Shown in pieces: positions 55,960-64,000 of a DNA stretch of 64,000 nt (position 1 is its first letter; each line of letters starts with the position of its first letter). Below the pieces are notes generated by a model that saw only the letters and a list, made by a program, of their open reading frames with translations, was not told the DNA's origin and made no database searches. Source of the stretch: Octopus vulgaris (taxonomy: Eukaryota); the NCBI GenBank assembly GCA_951406725.2, contig OX597838.1, forward strand, positions 1,674,001 through 1,738,000, read 5' to 3'. The translations under genes were made by a program, and so were the position numbers.

Positions 55960-56790
55960 CGATGAAAACGAACTGGTTAATGTGTTTCGGGAGACTTTTG
56001 GTGTAGAACCTTCGCCTGGTAAAAGCTACAGAAGAGCGTTTTCCGTTGGTGAGAAATCCCACGAGCGCGGATGTGCTGTCAACCGGAACTGAAGCAAATC
56101 AGCGCGGAGCAAGGAAATTGTTCTGCATGATCTTTAATACCATCTGGGGATTTGATGATTTGTGGAATTATGCCAAACAGCTGGTGTCTCGTGTGGAAAA
56201 GATCTGGCTATTAGCCGAGTCTATCATGATAATTGTCCCACCGCCCTCCTTCAACTGGGCAGGGAAGACGGGTTTTATGACTATAGTGAATGAAGCTGGG
56301 TGATTGTCGAGATTTAAACGACTGAGGATAATCAGTTTCCGATTTGGTCGGATTCTCATCGACTTTCTGAAGTTTTACATGGAACGAATTTTAAAGTTGG
56401 GGAACCGGGTCAGCTGCCCCCGAGTGAATGTATTAAAAAGTGGATGACAGCTCCAAATATGGCAAAAAGAAGATGGTTTGAGTGTAGGTTTATTGGTCAG
56501 GCAACAATTGGAGAAGGTGTTTGGTTCCGGGCTGATCTTGGCTCAGTCGTTTCTTTGATTAGACAGTGGTCACCCTTGTCACAACAACAGAATCATTACC
56601 ATTCGATTCTTTGGACTCCATGGTAGACCTAGCTTTTGTTGTAATTAGTTTCTTTGCCCTCATTCAATTTTCTATGTACCCCCCCCCACCGCAGTTTATG
56701 CCTTTGCGAATTCTCCTTTCATCCGTCAACTGCGGGGAGGGGGAGGGACAAATGGACGAAATCCTCCGCCTCCCCCTCTCCCCTTCTTAT
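55960..56790 (+). mobile_element. Degenerate 3' end of a Tx1-like LINE
   Basis: DLWNYAKQLVSRV..I.L.AESI..IVPPPSF resembles the region after the C-terminal zinc knuckle of Tx1-group ORF2; heavily mutated. Confidence 0.45.
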
Positions 56791-57495
56791 TAATATTCAT
56801 GTTTTCTTCATTGTTATTTTTGATGTTGCATTTAAAGCGTTACATGACAAGAATCGATCGATTGCCGAACTAAAATATACAGTATATAATTACGTCTCTT
56901 TATCTTCCGACTTAGCCTTTCACCTACTCCATGTGATCGATGTAATCCGTATCAGTGATATAATGGGGGTTGACCTTATAGGCTTCACGCTCTTCTCCAA
57001 TGAAAATGGATTTAAGCCTCAAAGACGGAGCAAATTCTAAGTCGCTGGATTAAATGATATTAAATGAATTTAGTTTTCTCCCTCTAAAAACTCCCAGAGA
57101 TGCTTTGCCACTTGGTCAATAACAGATGCTGTTATTTAGCCCTAGGTCAGAGTTGATAAAGCAGACGCATGATCAAAGCATTGTTTTAGACATAACCATA
57201 TTATATATTATTTATTGTAAGTGTATCTTGGACTACATTATACAGTGTATCCTTTTAACGAAAACAGCCGGGTGTGAATTGACGACAGTTTGGCTGCTAT
57301 CTTTAACAGTGAGAATAATCCCGTAGAAGCTTGTTGCTACCAATCCTCTGCTGTGGTATATTAACCAAATTCCTCCGCTAAATATTCGTCTATTTCGTCT
57401 TTCTAATAAATGCTTGGCATTGTCTTTATTGTTGTTGTTGCTGTTATTGGTGCCGTTGTTTCATTTAATCGAGCCTTAACTCATGATCGTTGCAG

Positions 57496-57650
57496 GTAAC
57501 TATATTCCAAGAATGCCAACCTGAATTCTTGCATGATTTAGTCCTCAAAATGAAAGCTCATATATTCACGCCGGGCGACCTCATTTGTCGAAGAGGCGAG
57601 GTTGCACGTGAAATGTTCATTATTGCCGATGGTGTGGTCGAAATTATCAG
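57496..57650 (+). CDS. Cngl: CNG-like channel exon: N-terminal part of cyclic nucleotide-binding domain (VTIFQECQPEFLHDLVLKMKAHIFTPGDLICRRGEVAREMFIIADGVVEII-S)
   Basis: ttgcag| acceptor, AG|gtaaga donor, 155 nt, phase 0 to 2. F.PGD.IC..GE..REM.II..G is the CNBD signature. Confidence 0.97.
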
Positions 57651-57814
57651 GTAAGATAATCTATGATAATACACCTCAGTAACTGTATACATACTTATAT
57701 TTCTGTTTATATTGTTGATAGTATATCTGAAATTACCGAGTTTATATATATATGTGTATGAATGCGTGTTTATAAATGTACACTTATATATATATGGTTA
57801 TGTCGAGTCATATT

Positions 57815-58030
57815 GGTTTCAAATTTTGGCACAAGTCCAGCAATTTCAGGGGAGGGACTAAGTCGATAAGATCGACCCCAGTGTTCAACTGGTATTTATT
57901 TTTTCGATCCCGAAAGGAAAAAATGCAAACTAGGCCTCGGGGGGATTTGAACTCGAAACTCAAAGCCGGAAGAAATGCCACGAAGCCTTTTGCCTGGTTG
58001 CGCGCCAACGATTCTGTCAGTTCGCCGCCA
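57815..58030 (-). mobile_element. tRNA-derived SINE (Meta-domain-like)
   Basis: Reverse complement of the family consensus. Confidence 0.85.
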
Positions 58031-58207
58031 ATATCTCGAGTTATATTAAAATTTAAACTGAAGGATTACTCAAAACTTTTTGTAAGGTACAGATTTATTA
58101 TTCTTTAACACGAATAGTGATGAGAGTCACTTCGCACATTTAGCTTGTTTAGTCATCTGATGATGGTCAAGCAGGCCGAAATAACTGTCAATATTATTCT
58201 TACACAT

Positions 58208-58251
<44 letters not shown>

Positions 58252-58493
58252 TTACATATACACACGCATACACACATATAAATAATAAAAGTAAGCAAAA
58301 GACCGGTATGGTATTCAATGCTTTATAGGACAGATACGCGTTTCAGCGAAATGCCGAAATAATTACATAACAATTGTTGAAGCATTATGGAATCATGCAT
58401 CTCACCTTGTCAGTGGCTTCCAATAAATATTTTGACATTTTACTGAAGCTTGTGTGTCCGACAGAACATGGAATATCATATCTACTTTCTGTT

Positions 58494-58700
58494 TGGCGAG
58501 CTGGCAGAACCGTTAGCACACCGGGTGAAAGGCTTAGCGGCAATTCGTCTTTTTTACCATCTGAGTTCAAATTCCGCCCAGGTTGACTTTGCCTTTCATC
58601 CTTCCAGCGTTGACTAAACAAATACCAGTTACGCACTGTAATCGATTTACCCCACCCCCCACACACTTCAATTTCAGTCCTGGTGTCTACAGAAGGAAGG
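58494..58700 (+). mobile_element. tRNA-derived SINE (Meta-domain-like)
   Basis: tggcgagctggcagaaccgttagcac...gagttcaaattccgcc...gactttgcctttcatcctt. Confidence 0.85.
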
Positions 58701-59408
58701 AATATTATTATTATTTTTGTCGTGTTTCACGCAGTAGCCTATCCCGAGCAAGGTCGATGCCCCGCTTCGTACTACACGGGTACACGGGATATTTGAGTCG
58801 AGTGTGAACCCCATTAATGAGTCCCATGTTTGGTTGCATGTAGCATAACCCTAACCCTAATTTGGTAACCGTACAGCTAAAGTAACTACCACCAATTCCA
58901 TACACCTCCTGTACGATGGTATATTCTCTTACTCGGTTGTCAATTGGAGATTACAAAGAAATTCACCGCCTTCCACGAGTAATGCTCTCTCTGCCGTCGG
59001 TGCCAAGCAGCATCGATGTTGCCTGGGAATACCTAAGTTCTTAGGCCAACTCTGTAACATTGCTCTTCTTCACACAAAATCTGCTGCTGCTGTAACAACT
59101 CGAATTTATACGAGTGTCAGTTTTTTACATGCCTTCGCTATATCCATGGTGATACATACATCAGCACGCACAGGTACCCACACAAACACACACACACACA
59201 CACAAACACACATACACACATACACATATATCCATGGGTATTTACATATATATATGTACAAATACACACAAACATATATATCGAACGACATTTACCTATA
59301 TCTACACAGACACACAGACACACACACACAAACACGCGCGCACACATACGCATACATTGATATTTTCATGTACTTATTTTCACCAGACACATATTTATAG
59401 GTATTTAG

Positions 59409-59448
<40 letters not shown>

Positions 59449-60359
59449 ACACACACACACATTCGTATATTACGTACATGTATGTGCAAGCACAGGCAAA
59501 CACACTCGCACACACGTCCATAGATATTCACGTGCTGGTATGTACAACCCCCCCCCACACATACCCACACACCCACACATATTGTCTTATTCAATTTCTC
59601 GTTTTATTCCAATTCCTTCCAAGATAAACTCGCATTCCACCCAATTTCTGCGTCTTCTTTATTTCTTCATCAAAAGCAACAATAATGTTCAACTTTATTT
59701 TAATTCCGATTTAATATTTTCCTGCCCCCAGGGACTCCCGCACCACTTGTCTTCTCGTTTCTCTGCAAAAAAAAATAAAATTCAAAAATGGTTTCCTTTC
59801 TTGTAAAACAATATCAAAATATCGTTTCGTGTTTCCATAAAAAATACACTGTCCTTCCACAAATATCTTATAACCCTAGGCTTCAGCATCTACAGCAGGA
59901 CAAAAACCATTAAACACTGCACGAACAGATACACACTCTGATAATTCTCACACACTCACTCACACTGACGCACATAATTATATCTCACACACACTAACGC
60001 ATGTACACACCCACACATATACAGAAATACACACACACTGACGCCCCGCAGAGACACACACCTGTATACCCTCACGCATATCCCACGAACTGACACACAA
60101 GCACTACACTGAACAGACCACACACACACCACTCACTACTAACAGCACTACATATTAAACATTACACTCACTGTACACTAAACACCACCACCCACACTTC
60201 CGTGTCTACGTCACTTCACTGGTGGGCGTCAATTCCGACACCAAATTTCGAGAGGACACTTGATACACCGACTCTGAGACAATGCACAGTCGGGTATTCT
60301 GCGTAAGTTAAATCTTCCTGCAGGATTAGACAGAGAGAGAGTGAGAGAGAGAGAGGGGG

Positions 60360-60391
<32 letters not shown>

Positions 60392-60479
60392 AGGAGAGAG
60401 AGAGAGAGACAGTATGTGTGTGTGTGTGTGTGTTTGCGGAGAAGAACGCGATCGCTGGCAGAATATATGAGAATATATG

Positions 60480-61385
60480 AGTGTAGACGTGCATCTGGTC
60501 TCCGAGGTGTTTCATCCCATGGCATCGATGGCTCGCTGCATGTCATCATAGATTTCTCTGGCTGTATTAATCGGGGAAAAGTTGGTTTAGGCCGGGACAT
60601 CTGAGATTTCATACACCTGGAAAGTGTGGAGATGAGTACCCGTTGAGCGTTGGGCGTGACAGATTCAAGATACGCATAGGCAAGGAAGCTGACCAGGAGA
60701 CCAACACCCTCGTTACCAGTGTCATCCTGCTGTTGAATGACATCAGCTTCCTGCCCTTGTCTACATCCAGATATAGGACTTTCTATTCGCAAGTAATTCT
60801 GTGTTCTTGAACGCAAACGACTGCGGTCACTTCTTGAACGCTCTGCGGTCAGTTCGCTTTGTCTCTGGAGTAGGTTCAGCGTACGAGTGTTCAGGGAGGC
60901 CGCATAAGAGCGATTATTCTCTCTAGGGTTGATAAGAGGGCCAGTTGGTTTGGAATGAATCCAGGGGATGTCGTGGTTGTAGACTCTTGTAGTGTACTTT
61001 TCGCCAGGCTCACAAAAGTCCTCTTGAAAGACATGCTAACTACTTCTATCAGCCGAGGTAGAAGTAGTTACGACGTCTTTCTTAGGAACTTTCGTTTCCA
61101 CAGTCTTGGAACATCTGCACTGTTTGACAACCCCACGCGTAGGATGTTTTTATGTGACACCACTCACTTGGCTGGCCCTTGGCTCACAATGTGCCCAGTC
61201 GTCCTCTGACAAGTCATGTTTTTAGTCCTGCAGAATGACCACAAAGCCCTCCTCACCTGGTAGTCCAAGTGGGTCACAAGGTTCAATAGCGGACCACCTG
61301 ACTAAGAAACGGGCAGTACTAGGTTATATGGTACCAGCAGCAGGACTTTCGCGGTTCGACCTACAAACCTTCACTATATATACTA
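60480..61385 (-). mobile_element. 5' portion (UTR + AP endonuclease) of a decayed RTE/RTE-X-like LINE
   Basis: The minus strand gives ASLNTRTL, VCVQEHR, GVGLLVS, EIYDDMQRAI and LGD motifs in APE order, with frameshifts. Confidence 0.7.
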
Positions 61386-61458
61386 AACACATTACCCAAA
61401 CAACCTCCGGTTAACTACACAACAACGGCAATGTGGCTTCATCTTCTGACGTGCACTT

Positions 61459-61498
<40 letters not shown>

Positions 61499-62151
61499 CA
61501 GCAGTAGTAGTAGTCCACTGTGAAATGTGAATCGATGAGTCTGTCGATAGACATTTGATATGAAGAATGCATCCGGGCCGGGCTGTTGAGATGAGACGGC
61601 CATATTTCTCATTTAATATTCTCATTCCACTTCTGGCAGCCATCGTAACCCAGACACACAGATACACGTGGCCACGAGGAGGTCTTTGAAGTGGATTCTA
61701 TGCAGTCCCGGCAGTGGGGAAGTCGATGATGGCGAAGCAAGCGATTATAAAGCGCCATCTCTGACCTTGCCAGCCAGCCAGCCAACCAGCCGGGAAATTC
61801 ACTTGGCGATTTACTTCTCATCAACACATCCACCATCTTGGAAGAGAGAAATCCTATTTACTTATTTGTTTGTTTGTTTATTTATTTATTTATTTATTTA
61901 TTCATTCATCGGTTTGTTTAATGGATACAGCAAAAGTGAGAGAGAGAGAGAGGAGGGAGAGTAAGGAGAGAGAGAGAAGAGGGAGAGTAAGGAGAGAGAG
62001 AGAGAGAGAGAGAGACGTTGCTGACTCCGTTACATCAGAAATATTCTGTGTTGTTGCATAAATGTTACGTTTCCCTCGAATACATGCATCTGTATGTATG
62101 CATATATGTATATATGGTTATGTATATATGTATACATATATACATATGTAT

Positions 62152-62193
<42 letters not shown>

Positions 62194-62285
62194 GTGTGTG
62201 CATATCCGTGTGTATATGAATGTACACACACACATACGTATATACATGCACATATATACCTATATATAAGCATACATGAATGCCG

Positions 62286-62325
<40 letters not shown>

Positions 62326-62994
62326 TCGTCTATGTATGTATCTACCTATCTATACATACATATGCACATAGACATACACACACACACACTTATATATATA
62401 TGTGTGTGTGCGTGTGTGTGTGCGTGCGTGTGTGTGTGAATATATATGTGTGTGTGTGTGTATATATATGTATGTATGTGTGTATTTCATGCGTAAAAGA
62501 CATGAAGTCTAATAGTTCCTCTCTAAATTATCTCAATTTGAAATCTCTCCACTTCACTTGTGATATTTCTATAACAGTTGATGATGTAGAAATATCCAGA
62601 AGCACACCGCTTCTTCCCCCCACCCTGCCCCATCGTTCTCCCTCTCTTTGCCATGTCTCCTCTTCCTTCTACCAGTGCACCAATGCATGCGAAACATGCC
62701 GATTCAGAAGCGACTACACTTGCGCGCACGCACGCACGTTATTCACCGTTTCCTATCGTGTCTTAATCAGTCACTGGTTCCAGTCTGACGTCTATCAGCC
62801 GACCAGAGCGCTGGAAACAGTTCACATACATGCATACATACATAAACATACATACATACATACATAGATACATACATACATAGATACATACATACATACA
62901 TACATACATACATACATACATACATACATACATACATACATACATACATACATCGATGCACACAGACACACAAGCACGCACAAACATACATATA

Positions 62995-63655
<661 letters not shown>

Positions 63656-63656
63656 A

Positions 63657-63694
<38 letters not shown>

Positions 63695-64000
63695 CAATAA
63701 TAATAAATGGCAAGTTTGTGTGTTTGTGAATTTGTTGCTTTAACTCTTCCAAGACTATCCACAGACCTTAATGAAACTTGACACGTGTTTGGGACTTATG
63801 TCCATGCGGTCACTTACGCACTTGGAATTTTTTAAAAATCGATTTTTAATCAGCATCGATTTTTCATTATCGTAAAATTTCCGCATTCTTCACATTAGCC
63901 GTCGTGACATCAGTTCGACGAAAACTGTTCCTTGGGTATAATAAACAGTCATCTTATTAACAGTAATCTATTTAGCATTTGCTGATTCTTCATTTCAATG

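Noticed and set aside
55948-55970. CTGATGAGGCC hammerhead-like start
   Set aside because: No complementary stem II before a GAAA and no cleavage triplet context.
58846-58860. TAACCCTAACCCTAA telomere-like repeat
   Set aside because: Only ~2.5 units; common inside repeats and not evidence of a fusion site.
60229-60816. 195-aa minus ORF suggesting a nested antisense gene
   Set aside because: Explained by a frameshifted RTE-like endonuclease remnant running into microsatellite.

Overview
Eukaryotic, AT-rich, extremely microsatellite-dense DNA. The SINE families and repeat landscape point to an octopus (coleoid cephalopod) genome; this is inferred from repeat style, not from a database match. 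The window lies inside one large + strand gene for a cyclic-nucleotide-gated channel of the invertebrate CNG-like (Cngl) type. Five consecutive, phase-compatible GT-AG exons (37524-57650) encode S6, the C-linker and the start of the cyclic-nucleotide-binding domain. I did not find the pore exon or the rest of the CNBD, so they probably lie outside the window. Nearly all ORFs in the supplied track are microsatellite artefacts. The introns hold a CR1/L2-group LINE, a palindromic mariner derivative, two Penelope-like element (PLE) fragments, fragments of R4/Dong-like, Tx1-like and RTE-like LINEs, and many tRNA-derived SINEs. The most notable hidden signal is a cluster of about nine hammerhead-ribozyme motifs. 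They sit in PLE termini and in short ORF-less inserts, several of them in (TA)n tracts, and one (17246-17321, minus) looks fully intact. Also notable are a candidate cassette exon between pore and S6 with a possible long-range RNA pairing, and several long palindromes and inverted repeats.
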